Assembly (NCBI RefSeq): GCF_009834535.1
Contig: NC_045697.1
Location: forward strand, 47,680,001 to 47,744,000
Direction of reading: 5' to 3'
From: Camelus ferus
Taxonomy: Eukaryota
DNA: 64,000 bases
Shown: positions 51,153 to 64,000 of the stretch, in pieces
Position numbering within the stretch: position 1 is the stretch's first letter
How the letters are laid out: each line of letters opens with the position of its first letter
The notes under the pieces: generated by a model
What the model saw: the letters and a program-made list of their open reading frames with translations, nothing else
Databases searched by the model: none
What the model was told of the DNA's origin: nothing
Program-made: the position numbers and the translations under genes

Positions 51153-54100
51153 GGACAATTTACTATTATCTACCACAGCCCTTCATTTTTCAGATGAGTC
51201 AACAGAGTCTTGATCAGAAATGTAATAAAAGTAGACACTAATAAAGCTAGGATTATAACTCAGGTCTTCTAATTTAGCAGTTTGACGTGCTTTCTATGAA
51301 AACAAATATTTTGCTCCAATTCCAAGATCTTTGGAGTTTTTCAAGTCAACTTAACGATAAGGTCCAATAAAAGCTGGACACTGGAATGCCCCAGGTAGGA
51401 ACTGTTGGAGCTTTTCATAAAATGAGATCATTTGAAACACCCTATAAAATACTATAAAAAGAAAGGCAAGGTGTCCTACTATATGCCTGGGACATTGATA
51501 ATAATATTTGATAAATTTTTACATTGTCAAAAGAAAGGTCACTGGGTCAGATTTATCATACCTTTAGGTCAGGAAGCTCTGATTTTTACCTGAACATTAA
51601 CCATTATTCAAAAACAAGGGAGTGGGAAGGGGGATGAATTCCACCATAATTAATGCTCATCAATTCTTAGAGCATCAAGAGAATTACTCCAGAATTCGTC
51701 TTTTTAATTTGTATTCCGACTTAAAGGACTGAGGCTCGAAGGGCAGAAACCTTGACTTTTCTTATTAGTATATTCAATTCCCATCACCTGGCATTGGGCT
51801 TGAATGAATGAATAACTGGATGAATCTTAAGCAGATTCTGATCTTTAAGAAAACTTTAAGAATAGGTTCAAGAAGATAGGAGTTTTGAGAAATAACTTTA
51901 GACTGGTTTTAAGCTGATGAATCAGGAAAACAAGGTGTTACTTTTTAAAAGACCTACATAAAAAAAAGGACAAAAAAAGAATGAGAAAAATATTATAAAG
52001 CTTTTAAAACGAAAAAGGTATTAACTATGCTAAGTCCATGTTTAAATACAACTTCATTAAAATACCCCACTTTCCATAATAAAAAATGAGATTTTAAATA
52101 GCCTTTAGATCCCTTCTGTAGAAAAGTTGTTATACGGTAATAACTTATATTTATATAAGGTATTATCTCAGGTAAGATTTTTTTTTCCCTTTAGAACAAT
52201 TTTAGTGTTTTACATAAGTACTAAATTTACACTAGCATTTTAATAAAATCAAAACCTCTCTAAATCTTTTCCTACATCTTTCTTAACATTTCATGAAATT
52301 TTAAAAGGATTAGTTGTATTAATTGGTCATAAATGCAGTTTCTGTTCCTTATGTTATATTCTTTAATCTGTCCTGATTCAGAATTTTTATTACTCTAAAG
52401 CATTATGAATGGCACTGGAATTACACACACATCACTTTAAAAATATCCCTTTTACAGTGTTTCAAGCAACACAGACTGCCCCACCCTCTCCAATGGAAAA
52501 TGATGAGCATCTCATACAAAGCTGTTCCTGCCTTCCACCCTTAAAATCCATTTTAGCCTAAAACCTAGCTATTTGCTCCACCACATCCCCTCGCAGACCA
52601 CCGACTTAGTATCTGTCCTCAGGAACTCTGACCTGAACTGCCCCTATTGCCCTCTTGCCCCTCTTGCTTTCTGTGCCCAGTGCAGGAACCTACATCTATC
52701 TTTAGCCTCTCAGAACTCAACTCTTGTTCCAGCCGGGTGGCTAGTGCAATCCCCACCTGGGGGATATTGGAGGTTGGACAAGCAGAGCTTCATTCTGCTG
52801 CCATCTTTGTCAGGCGTGACCATGTACAACTAGTTCGTGTCTCTGCACCAAAAGGAAAAAATGAATTGAACTCCCCACACTGTTCAGGTTGGAGGGGTAG
52901 GAGAAAAGGAAACCTCCTCTAACAGTCTGAGCGCAAAAGGAAAGCGAAATATTTTTGTCAGTATTGGAGTTAACGCAGGAAATCGTATGTCACATTGTGA
53001 CTTGAGACTAACTTTTCCAAAGAAGCAATAAGAAACCACAGCACTACAGATCAGCCCCAGTACGGGTTACAAAGATTTGTGGGTTAGAATGGAAACCTAA
53101 CCCTCATTCATCATAATTTAAAATATTGTTCCCTTAGCAAGGCGGTGGAGAATAGTGGAGAAGAGGGTTTGCATTCTGAGGACCAAACAACTTTCAGAAA
53201 GTGCCCATGACTTAGAAAGAAACCAGTCCCTACATTATAATCTCTGCTAATAAAACCATTATAAATGTCATCCTCTCTTGGAATAATTAGGTAACTCAAT
53301 TAACTGGCTCCGGGAACATGTGGAATTTTTGCCCTTAAAATTTAATTAAAATAGATTTTTTTTTAAATAGTGAGAGATATTTATCAATTTTTCTAACAAT
53401 AGAGAGAAAAAGACAAAATTTTCAAGGACTAAGAAATATAAATTATGAAGGTCTACATTTATGTAAATATAAGTGTCTAACCACATAAATTTACCCATAA
53501 AAAGATGAATAAAAACGGAATGAGAAAATGTGAATAAAATATTTTTTATAAGAGTTGGGCAGTGTTCCAAGAGTCTCCACTAAAATAGTGTCTTTACTAT
53601 CTTTTCTATCATCTGAGTTTGGGCTGTGTTTCCTAGAGACAAGCAGTCAGTGAAATTGTGTGTCATCTGCCTGTTGCTTCTTGTTTAATACCACTTCAAG
53701 TACCAGGGCCTCTTAGCCTGCATGCTAGATCCTAGAAAAGGTTAGAGAGGAGAAAAGATGACCCCACAAACTGTTTCCTAGCAAGGAGCTCTACAAACAA
53801 TTGGAATACTTCTCAGAACTTACTTTTCTCAGATAATTCCATTTTATGGTTCCTCCCAATACCGGATGGTTTACACTGACAAAGCAAGGAACCAAAACCG
53901 TGTCTTCCCCTCCCTAGGGAAAAAGTCACTTCAGACTTCAGAATTAACCAGCTCTGGAAAGACTCTTCTGTCTGATAGCCTCAGGAGAAATAACTTGGGT
54001 TTCCAAAGTTATCAGATAAAAGCAAAACTTCCACCTAACAGGCAGTGACAGAAATGGAATAAATGTAACAACAATGACAATGGCAGCCAGACAGAATTTA

Positions 54101-55044
54101 CAAGATCCTCTACACTGAAAACCCCACAGCTGAGAGAGATTTGTGTTTTTGCAATCATTTAAAAGGACATTTTTCCTCAAATGTAACCCATCACATTCAA
54201 TCTTCACTTACAACTGTGAGATACTGCTTCCTGTTTCCTCAGAAAGGACAGTGGGTGCCTGTGGTGCAGAACAACAGCAATTCTGGATCCAAAAAATAGT
54301 TCTTCTTGTACCATTTCTATCTCTTCCCACTTAAAACCATTTTTTTTCCCCAAGAGAACGAACAACAGGATGGAAGGATGTAATCATAAATTCCTACTGA
54401 AGCGGAACATGGTCCCGACTTAGTGCTATATCCCATGTCTGCTGATCGAGAAACATCTTTCTTGTGGATTCCTTTTAGGCACAGGAGCAAAACCTGCTTT
54501 TTCTTCAGCAGAAAGTCAAAGTCAACATCACGAAAAATAGTTTAAAGGACAAGATTAGAGACACACTAAGAACAAGTACATTTCCATGTCAATAAATTAG
54601 CTGTTCGCATATTTTTTGGCTACAACTTGATACTTATGCTTTTCTGTATTCAATTACCAAGGCTTGGAAAATTCATGGAATTGAGAACTGGAAAATGGAT
54701 GAGTAAATTCATCACCAAATTCATATACTGAAGACAAAAGATCCTTTCAGCATCTTCTTACCAACAGCCTCAATTATCACTATAAAATTTCTGTCTTGTT
54801 TTACCCTACAAGGTAGATGGCAAAGAGAAGTCTCCTCATTTTACAGAAAGAGGTTTATGGTACCAGACAAAATTTTTAAAACTGAGATTTAGTACAAGAG
54901 CATTTCCTAGGGCCGGGTTTATAAACCTTATTCTTGATAGATGATGTAGACATGCTCAACATACTCCCAATAAGGTACCAAGATTTTTTTTATCAAAAAA
55001 AAACCTTATAATAAAGTAAATAACACTGAAGATGCTTTATCTGA

Positions 55045-55275
55045 AACAATAATAGGTAATATTTATTGAATTCTTATTCTGAGCCAACTCTTCTGTCTAG
55101 ATTACTCAGTTTAATCCTCAATCATCTAAGGTAGGTGCTATAATGATTCCCATATCACAGGTGAGAAGATCTAAACACAGAGAATCTCTGGCTCGCCCAG
55201 ATCACAAAGCTTGTATGTGGCAGAGTCAGAATTCAAACCCAGATCACCCCAATCCAGAGACACACTCTATCTACA
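55045..55275 (-). mobile_element. MIR SINE
   Basis: ATATTTATTGAA...TTTAATCCTCA...AGGTAGGTGCTAT...CCCATATCACAGGTGAGAA...GGCAGAGTCAGAATTCAAACCCAG. Confidence 0.8.
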
Positions 55276-58200
55276 GTGATGTAAAACAACAGAGTTCACG
55301 TATGTGCACTGGCTCGCTTACTAGTATAACCTATGGATTAGGTACCTGTAAAACATAAATTCTTATTAAAAAGAAAAAATATATTTTTCTCAATTAAAAT
55401 AACCTATTTCTTTCCTTTTCTTATAAAACATCTTCTTTTTACATCTTTAAGTGGCTTGCGCTTGCATCTGGGTAACAAAATAAGCCATTGAAAGATTATC
55501 AGAAATGCTGCTGTATTAAGAAATAAAATGTTCTAATTAAAATAAATAAACCCTACTTTATTGTTTTACATTATAATGCAAAGGATGCTCAAGTGTCTAA
55601 CATTTTAATAATACTAGGATTATTACAAACTTTTTAAACATATCACTTAGTTTACTTTTGATTTAGCGATTAGTTAGAAATAGCATTTATTCTGATGCCG
55701 ATGTAGACAAAGGAAGCAGCCAGTGTCTATGAAAAGTGTTGTGGGGGTAACAGCAAACTGACACGCATAAGCCCCAGCTAATAAGCAAGACTTCTGAACA
55801 CATCCAGATGACCGTTGCCACAGGATTACAGGCCCAAGGATCCCAAATCTTCTAAATGTTCAAGAGAGTTTAGAAATCCAGATTTTATTATGAAATCCCC
55901 ATGATTTGATATTTTGGCAATTGACTCAAGTTTTCTTAAATACCATGAGAGATAAATAAAACATGTCAGTAGATTGGCCTAAAATCCTTATGGCCCATGA
56001 AACCAGTGTATTCATACTAAGGGAAATATTTAAAACATATTTCTTTTTCATGGTCAGTGGAGATATAGACACATTACTCAGGCTTTCTTCCTTTATTCTT
56101 GCCTTCCTCCTTATTAAAAATTTACCCATGGGTAAATTAAAAACTATAAAATCGCAAATCACATGCACTATAAATAAATGTAATCGCCACACTGATTAAT
56201 AGTAATAGATACGTACTCTTGAGTTGTAGAGTAGATAAGAGAGGTTGGAGATTATGTGTGATCCCTAAAGCATCCTTTCTCTCCCATGAAAAAAAAAAAC
56301 ACTTTAGATGATTATGAATGAGCATAGTAATAGAGGAATAATTGCGAATTAGTTCTAAATTATTTTTAAAGGTAAATCATACCAAAAATGTGTCATATTA
56401 ATCACTACTGCAAACTTAAAAACCCTACCATCCAGAAACCATGATCCACACGGTCCTGAAACAATGTCACATTAAAACTTAGAGCCCAAACAAGAATTTC
56501 CATTTCCTCTTGCATTTCTCACAACCATCTAAAGGAGTTCTAGAACAGAGCCCACAGCAACCTTAAAATCCTACCTTAGATTATTCTCAAACAACTCCCA
56601 AGTCACAGGAGCCACTCGCTGTCCCATTCCAGAAAAACCCTCCCTCTTAGCCACACCATCATACCTTTTCTGCTTTTCTAAGTCACTTCTCTCGAAACCT
56701 TTCATGCCCATTCTTCTTACTCCCATTACATCAAGTTCCCCTCCAATCAAGCCCCAAAGGAGTTAGTTTGTACTCCAACTTGATTGTTTTCCTCTCAAAA
56801 ATGCATCCGTTGAGTTTTGTGCTTCTTTCTCAGAAAGGAAGGACTTTGAAAGTCTATGAACACACACATACTGGTAAGTTTTGCCCCATTACACACTGAT
56901 TGCTCACCGAATGCTCTGATACGTGATTGAAAACCTCTGCCCTCAATGTCAAGGAGCTCCTGCTACTTAAGACAGTCATGTCTAGTTTAAGGGCTTTGGT
57001 TAAACTCTCCCAGACAACGTGCAGTGATTCCAACTGCTGTTTGGGGCTGCTCTCCAGCAAGACTGGATGCCCAAGGCCAAAACACAGTGATTATAACTTC
57101 AACAGCATGTCAACACAACAGCCATTCTCCACTACGAGAATGAAATGGTAATGGCATAGCTAAATGGACCAGCGAAGCCAACAGCCAGCCTACTTTGGGC
57201 AAAGAGGTCATGTGAGGTACCAGAAAGTAAACAAAAACTTAGCTTTGCTACAAAGAACTGAGATAAAAGAATCCAAGTGCCATTTGTCTTGAGGATATTC
57301 TTTATGGCAGCAAGTCTAAAAACACAACAAGTGATGTATTTTCAAGGTGAAATAGAAATATTTTGTTTATTGATTACAATGTATGCATCGGAATTTAATT
57401 CGACTCTTGCTCGAGCACCATAGCTGGTGATGACCCTCTTCACTCAGCAGAGCTTAAAGAAGAAACTTCCACAGAGCAATCAAAGCAGAGCAGCTGGAAA
57501 GGCCAACCTAGAAGGGGTGGCCAGGACCCAGACGTCAGAAAAGTGAGGGTGTGGGCATGCATCGGAGAGCGTCGCCACAGCGGTACCCTGATGAAAAAAC
57601 AGCTGAGCTGAAACCACATTTGTCTCAGGCCCCAAAAGTGATTGTTAGATATTTTTCACTAATGGTGTAACATTTAGAATCAGTGGATTCAACTCAATCA
57701 TCTGAAAGGCCTCCTTAAAACAGAGGTCATTTTTCAGACTGCTGAAGCCACCTGGGGACAATGCCTTGTTTAAGTACTGGAAAAGCCACTGCTTCTTTAG
57801 AGAATCTTACACATAAGCTAAATCCAGGTATTCATAATACAAAACTACCCCCACTGAGTGGGTGGGCATCACTGTTTCCTCTGGTCAAGAGGGCAGGCTC
57901 TGGCTACCAAAGAGGCAGTCACAAAACAAAGCAGATGCAAGCAAATTGTGTCATTGGCTTGTTTCATTACTAGCCCTGCTAAAGATCCAGAAAGAAAATA
58001 AAATACATTAGCATTTTAAGTCACGACTACAGGTCTTGTCAAAGAGATAGACAGTGATATCAAAAGAGATGAGAACTTTGGGTTCAAACAACACACGGCT
58101 TCAGATATGGACATAAAAGCTTTGTGAATATTTTACACCTGCTAAGCTCACAAAATGAACCTGAGAAATTGTTCATGACCCTCTATCATTTTTCAACTTG

Positions 58201-58415
58201 GTCCCAACCTACAAAAAGAGAGCCTTCCACTTCCACCCTCTGAATGCTCTCATGAACAATTCTTTGGAATCAAGCTCTGACTAAGATTCCAGGGGCCCAG
58301 AAATAGCCGAAGGCGAAGGAACTGTGGACTCTATTTTAGAACTGGCCAGCCAGCAACAGCATCATGAAACAAAGGGAGAGCTCGCCACATGAAAGAATTA
58401 TGTTGTTTGCTGTTT

Positions 58416-58436
58416 TGTGTGTGTGTGTGTGTGTGC
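58416..58436. repeat. (TG)n microsatellite
   Basis: Directly visible in the sequence. Confidence 0.9.
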
Positions 58437-60919
58437 GTTTAAACTCTAGCTGCTTGGCAACTCTCCTAGATCACAGCTTTGGGAAAGAAATGTATCTCCC
58501 GGATGAAAAATGAGCTAACAGAGATCCCCTTGATGGCCCTCTCACTCGCTCTGTCCAGGCCCACGGGTTTCGCCCCACACCAGAAACTTGACCAAACTGA
58601 TTTCCTGAACAGAGAAAAGAGAAGAGGAAGTGGAGGAAAGTAAGCCAGGTGTGTTTGCTCAGATGTAAAATATACCATCGTACAAGCAGAGTAACATTTC
58701 ATCCTGACCACATGAGGCATGGTGTTTAAAATGCATAATTGAGCGTTCTTCCTCGCTGCTTGCTTTTCTCAGTGGGTTCCAAGCTCCTAGAGGACCATGT
58801 GCTTCTACACTAGAAAAAGCAAGTGACAGTATCATCAGTAAACCTGAGGAAAAGGTCATGACAAAAATAATAGTTTTGGAAAATAACTGCTCTCTAAAAA
58901 TAACCTCTCCCACCCTTAGCTTTTGTTTTCCTTTCTTCCCATTTCAGCACAATTTACACTATTTATTCTACTCTTGGCAACATGCTTGGAGAAAAATTAG
59001 ATCAGTTTAATTTTCTTATTTTTCAGTCTGTTTCAAAATAACAATAACAATCTTTTCCTTACATTAAACACATGCCAAAAAGTTTTTGCTCAGATTATAT
59101 CAATTCAATTTAAAAATAAGTCAGCCCAGGTGTAGGCTGTTAGCCATTGGCATATCATCTTAGGGTGATTCTGTTCCAGTCGACAAACCCACATGGAGAA
59201 CTTACGAGAAGTCAGGGCTTGTCCTAGATGCTAGGGATACAGGATGAACAAGTTACGCATGGCCTTCACAATTTAATGCAACTACCTGAATCCATGCTTC
59301 ACTATCTATGTGAATATAATGGGGAAGTAGTGTAAATAATCAAAAACAACCCAATGCTTCATCCAAAAATAATGGAAACCATTAAAGACAGTGTCACACA
59401 GGGTCACTGGTGCTGCTCCACTCCCTCTGTTCCTCGCTGGGCCAGGAAGACGGTAGAAGGAAGCACACCAGACCACAGAGTGGGGAGGGCCTAAGACAAA
59501 GCTGGTTATCTGCTGCTAGATATTCAAGGACCGGGTATACTTAAGCTCCCAAATAAAGCACACATTCTTCCATATGGAAATGTGATCAACTCCTGGCATA
59601 ATTCTACTTTGTTTGCTTTTAATTACGCATTGGCTAAGATTTCTAGTTTGCCTATTTTTGCATTTTTTATCCTCCAGGGATTAAAAATGGATTTTCTTAC
59701 TTTTGTAAATAATAACAAAGAAAACGATTTAAAATGGTGATGAACATAATTACATAAATGTCATTAAAATAGCCTAAAAAGAAATGTAATACTCTCTGGT
59801 CTTCCCAAGGCAACTGAATTTCTTAAAATGGGCAAATTTGTTAGCTTTCCAAGCTGAGTGTTGGGTACGTGAGAGTTCCGTGAAATGTTCTTTTTCCCTT
59901 TAAGAACTTCGATAAAATCTCATGATAAAAAAATATGTTAGGCAAACAGACCAAGGTTATCTTGAGCAAGTTCTTTAACTCCATAAACCTGAATTTCCTC
60001 TTCTTTACACAGAGAAAATATAATTTCCTCTACAACTCACACTATTAGCTCCAAGAGAACGAGGAGAGCACGAGAAACTGAGTGTGACGTTATTGTCCAT
60101 GTGCTTCTGTGAAGCACAACTCTAGATACCAAGCCAGATGGTAAGTGGGCTCATCTCTCAATACAAAGGGCAAGCCAGATGTTGGCTGCACACATAAATA
60201 CAGGCTCTTAGTCTCATGAAAGAGGGATACGAAAAAAAAAATCCCATAAATTAAAAGTGACTGTGAACAAGGCAAATCATAGTAAATAATCTGCAATCCA
60301 AATCTGTAAGGAGAGAGGGATTTCTACTGAACAAAAAGACTAAAGAATTTGCATTGATTTCTTGAGTAAAGAATTTGATCTAGTTGGACAAGAGAGATCT
60401 TAAAAATAACAGCGGATCCACAAACTTTGGTTGAACATTGCTGGTAAATCCTAGAATCAATGTTATAAAGAAAACTGGTTTACAGAAAATGAAAAGGGAA
60501 GAATTACAAAATGTAAAGCAGATTCAGGAAATAATGAGAAATCTGTTAAATTATTTCATGTTCTGTCCTCAAGATAACCAAAAGGCAAAAGATATTTTGA
60601 AGAGAACAGTGTGAAAGAATCTCTCGCATTGCTTTACTCCCCTTTTCTATTATTTTAGAAAGAAATACCACCTTCCGCTATCAGATGAGGAGGAGGACAA
60701 CCTGATGAAATACGCAGACAGTCCTTAGCACTCGTCAAGTGCTAACTGTTCTAAAATTATTTCTGAGTTTTGGTGAGAGGAAACAGCCATCTATTTTCAC
60801 AAAGTGCTTTGACAAACAATGCTGAGCCAATCAAATAAGAATTTAAGGGATTAGACAGAAGACACTGTAACTTGGTTTGCTAACAAGCTGAAATCTTGTT
60901 CGTTTCAGGCAGTGTATAT

Positions 60920-61400
60920 AATTCAGTTCAACTCCACAAAAGCTTCGGGAACCCCACCATATTCTGGGCACCATTCTGCATCCCAGAAATTCAAACTGGT
61001 GCACGCAGACATGGTCTCTTCTCTTACAGAGCTCCCAGTCTAGTGGATATGGATACTGGCCATTCCGAGAACACAAGGAGTAGAGGTGGGGCACAGTTGG
61101 AATTAAGGCTGGAAGACTAGCAGAAGATCTTGTATTCCACAAACAAAAACCTCTAGGGATGTGACCAGTGTTCAGGTTAGAAAGATCATTGTAGCGTCAG
61201 CGTGGAAGAACCTAGAAGTTGGGTTAGAAGGAGGCAAGAATATCAATGAAACAGGGAGCTGTTAATAGCAACAGCCCAGACGAGCGATGAGGAAGGTTCA
61301 AGCCTATGCCAGATCCTGGAGGGCAGGGAGGAAGGAGCGCTCTGGGCTATATTTAGACAGTTAAGTGGGTAGGACTAGGAGGCTGATGGAACATGACTAC
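60920..61400 (-). mobile_element. Degenerate L2 fragments
   Basis: ATTCAGTTCAAC...CTGGGCACCATTCT...GAGCTCCCAGTCTAGTGG and TTAGAAAGATCATT...GGAGGCAAG. Confidence 0.55.
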
Positions 61401-62809
61401 AACTAACGAGACCAGTTTCCCTGGGAAATGTCTCATCAATTTATAGTCATGTCATATATAATGCATTACCACTGAGAACCCAGATTTAGATCCAACCAAA
61501 GGAGCAAATTATTTATTCCCACTGGTTCCTCAGCACGACAAATACCAGTGGAATGAATCAATGAATTCTCCAAACCTGTGTCAGTCACTAACTGAGATAT
61601 TGGCTCTGGACCACTCTAAATTGGCAAATATTTATAAAAAGGCTTACCTGCAAAGAACTAGTCTATGTGACACGAAGGACACATGTAAAAAGTGCAAGGG
61701 AAGGGTCTTTTCTTGAATTCAAAATGCCTGCTACTAGTTGGGGAGAAAAAACCTGTATACAACTTTAAACAACTATTAGGCCTGAATTAAAGTATGTACT
61801 CAATTGAAAATCATCAAGTCCTTTACTCTCCCTGGGAGCCTGAAATAAGCATCCCAGAGCCCTAAACAAAGGGATGCAGGTGAGGAACTCACCCTGACCC
61901 CATGTGTTCTAGTTCGTTTAGCTGCTCAGTCTTCTTCCTGCATCTCCATCTTTCCTGGGGGCAGGGAGTGGAAGCCTGGAGCAGACCCCGCCTCTCCAGG
62001 AGCCACACTCCAAACACACACCAATTCCCAAGGAAAGACACCGATTCCAATTTATAAACAGACTTCAACCTTTCTTAACAGTGACATCAACATTCATTTC
62101 TCTAAAATACAGCATACTGATACAATAAATTAGGGAGTGACGTGACACCAAATAGACAGAACAATGCAAATACAGATGTAGCTTTGGACTGTCACTTAGA
62201 ATCAGTCCTTTTCAGAACAGCACTTGATTCCTTCCAACCACAGACTAAGATACCATTGCAAATGAGAGCAAAGGCATGACCTTAAAAATTAATATATCTT
62301 CCCAATAAAGAGGAGGAATTCTTGAAAGTTCTCGTCAGTTGTTAGGGCTCAGCACTCTGCTGGTTCTAACAGAAAGATAAGAAACGTGAAGGCTTTAGAA
62401 ATCCCTAGCCCTAGAGAACTAAGGAAAGCCTCTCTATCAGTTACTCCTCAGACCTCTTGATGCTCCCTATTAGACAAGAATTATAACTGAATGCTTTTTC
62501 TTTTAAGTCTGCGTTGCGTCTGGAGAAATACATATTTTTAAGAAAATGTCTGACTCTTCCATGCAGGTAGGTAAGAACACATTTTGAGAAACTGTGTGTT
62601 ATTTCTCTCTTGTGCTCAGGACAAGCTCATGATCTTCATCTTCCATTAGCCTTACCTTGAGCGCACAGAAAGTGAGGTTCCCTACCAAAATAATGAGGCT
62701 CACTACCCAGAAGCACACTGTCTTCCTCAGATAACACCTTTTGCAGAAGGTGGGGCAGATAACTTTTCACCAGATTTTTTTCAACGACCAGCTAGGAGAA
62801 CAAAAATGA

Positions 62810-62920
62810 AAATCCTCCAAGGGCAGGAATTTTGTCCATTCTGTTCACTGTTGTATCCCAATGCCCCAGAACCTGACTAGCACATTGGTAGGCCCTCAGT
62901 AAGCTTTTTTGCATGAAGCA
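62810..62920 (+). mobile_element. L2 3' tail
   Basis: CTCCAAGGGCAGGAATTTTGTCCATTCTGTTCACTGTTGTATCCCAATGCCCCAGAAC...GCACATTGGTAGGCCCTCAGTAA. Confidence 0.8.
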
Positions 62921-64000
62921 TGCTATTTCAGCATGAGGAAATGGGAGTTTTTCATCTAAAATAAAACTTTAAGCTGTGAGGAAAAGTGTTGAAAAGAAGA
63001 TTCCATAGAAGTTGGCTCTGGCTTTGATCAACCTATATTTCATTTGTGAAATCCCAAATAATGATAGTATGATTCAGTGTTTGTGAGCATTGCGTGTCTT
63101 TAGTTAGAAAACCTGATTAATCCTAAAACCAACTACCTTGTTCCCAACGGTGAACAATTTCAAAGCACTAAATGCTTCAGATGGTTTGGCACATGATTTT
63201 CTCCCACAAACTCACTGGCACCCTATAGAAAGCCCTGAACAATCAAGTTCAGTACATACTACAAGGCTGGCCTTGGCCTCTGGCATAGGACAATAAAATA
63301 CAAAAGGAAACAAAAATTCTCTAAGCAGTGGGTGTCCCCAAGATAAACAACGTTTAAAAGGCTTCACCAAGAAATCTGATGGTCATACACAAACATCTTT
63401 TCTGCATTCCCAGCATAAACTACTTTTCCAGTGGGCTCAGTTTCAGGGTCCTAGTTAATCATTTGGCTGCAGTAAACACGAAAAGCAATCAATCTCATAG
63501 GCTCTGGAATTTGTGTAAAGACTTGCTGCCCTTAAAAGCTAGTTTCTCCAGTCTGGATATTTCTAACAGTTAACTGAAGGGATATAACCAACCTTCAACC
63601 AATAGGCCAGGACGCCCTTTGACCCAGCAAAGCTCCAGCAGGCTCTTCAAAAAAGGACAAGGAAAAGATGTTCCTTCTTTGAAATTATATGTAAAATAAA
63701 AACCCTTCATGGTATCTGAATACTACTTAAAGGCAAAGAAAGATGAAGGCATAACATCTTGGATGAAATGAAATGCTATCCAGTCCGTTGTTTTTCTGTC
63801 TGTGTCCTGCGAAGATGCCAGGTTGTGGGACTTGACGGGGGTCGAGACACAGGTAACCAACCAGTTCCCCAACCCAATCCAAACCCTGCAGCTCCACTTT
63901 TACCTCTTTCATATACTGGGAATTGTAAAAGAGATTTCACTTGAAAAATAGGTTCCTCTTCTGAAAGAAGTTTCAGAATTACTAATCTTGTCCAAAGTAG

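Noticed and set aside
52757..52870. Minus-strand exon-like segment with a good acceptor
   Set aside because: Stops in all three frames and a weak donor (gtgggg).
57424..57542. Plus-strand open segment (GDDPLHSAELKEE...DPDVRK) ending at gtgagg
   Set aside because: Weak acceptor and no recognisable homology.
60660..60729. Plus-strand acceptor followed by KKYHLPLSDEEEDNLMKYADSP*
   Set aside because: Protein-like by eye, but isolated, unrecognised and without a supported upstream exon.
1..64000. tRNA, rRNA, snRNA, CRISPR arrays, operons, CpG-island promoter, processed pseudogene, ERV internal genes
   Set aside because: None recognised. The sequence is CpG-poor mammalian non-coding DNA and all LTRs appear to be solo.

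Overview
This is mammalian (eutherian) non-coding genomic DNA, dense in ancient interspersed repeats: MIR, L2, L3/CR1, L1M 3' ends, MaLR/ERVL solo LTRs, and MER5A/MER20/MER58/MER82 DNA transposons. It also carries two ERV1-type solo LTRs and two young, TSD-flanked L1 3' ends. I recognise those L1 ends as camelid-type and see no Alu, Bov-tA, PRE, Can-SINE or ERE, so a camel/alpaca origin is inferred. No supplied ORF resembles a protein I recognise, and most lie inside repeats. L1/LTR orientation bias and several exon-shaped segments suggest the window may be inside a large minus-strand gene, but I cannot identify it. The most striking unexplained structure is an interleaved inverted-repeat cassette at 43619-43727. 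Repeat subfamily names come from recall of consensus sequences, not a database search, and boundaries without TSDs are approximate. I found no convincing novel multi-gene system.
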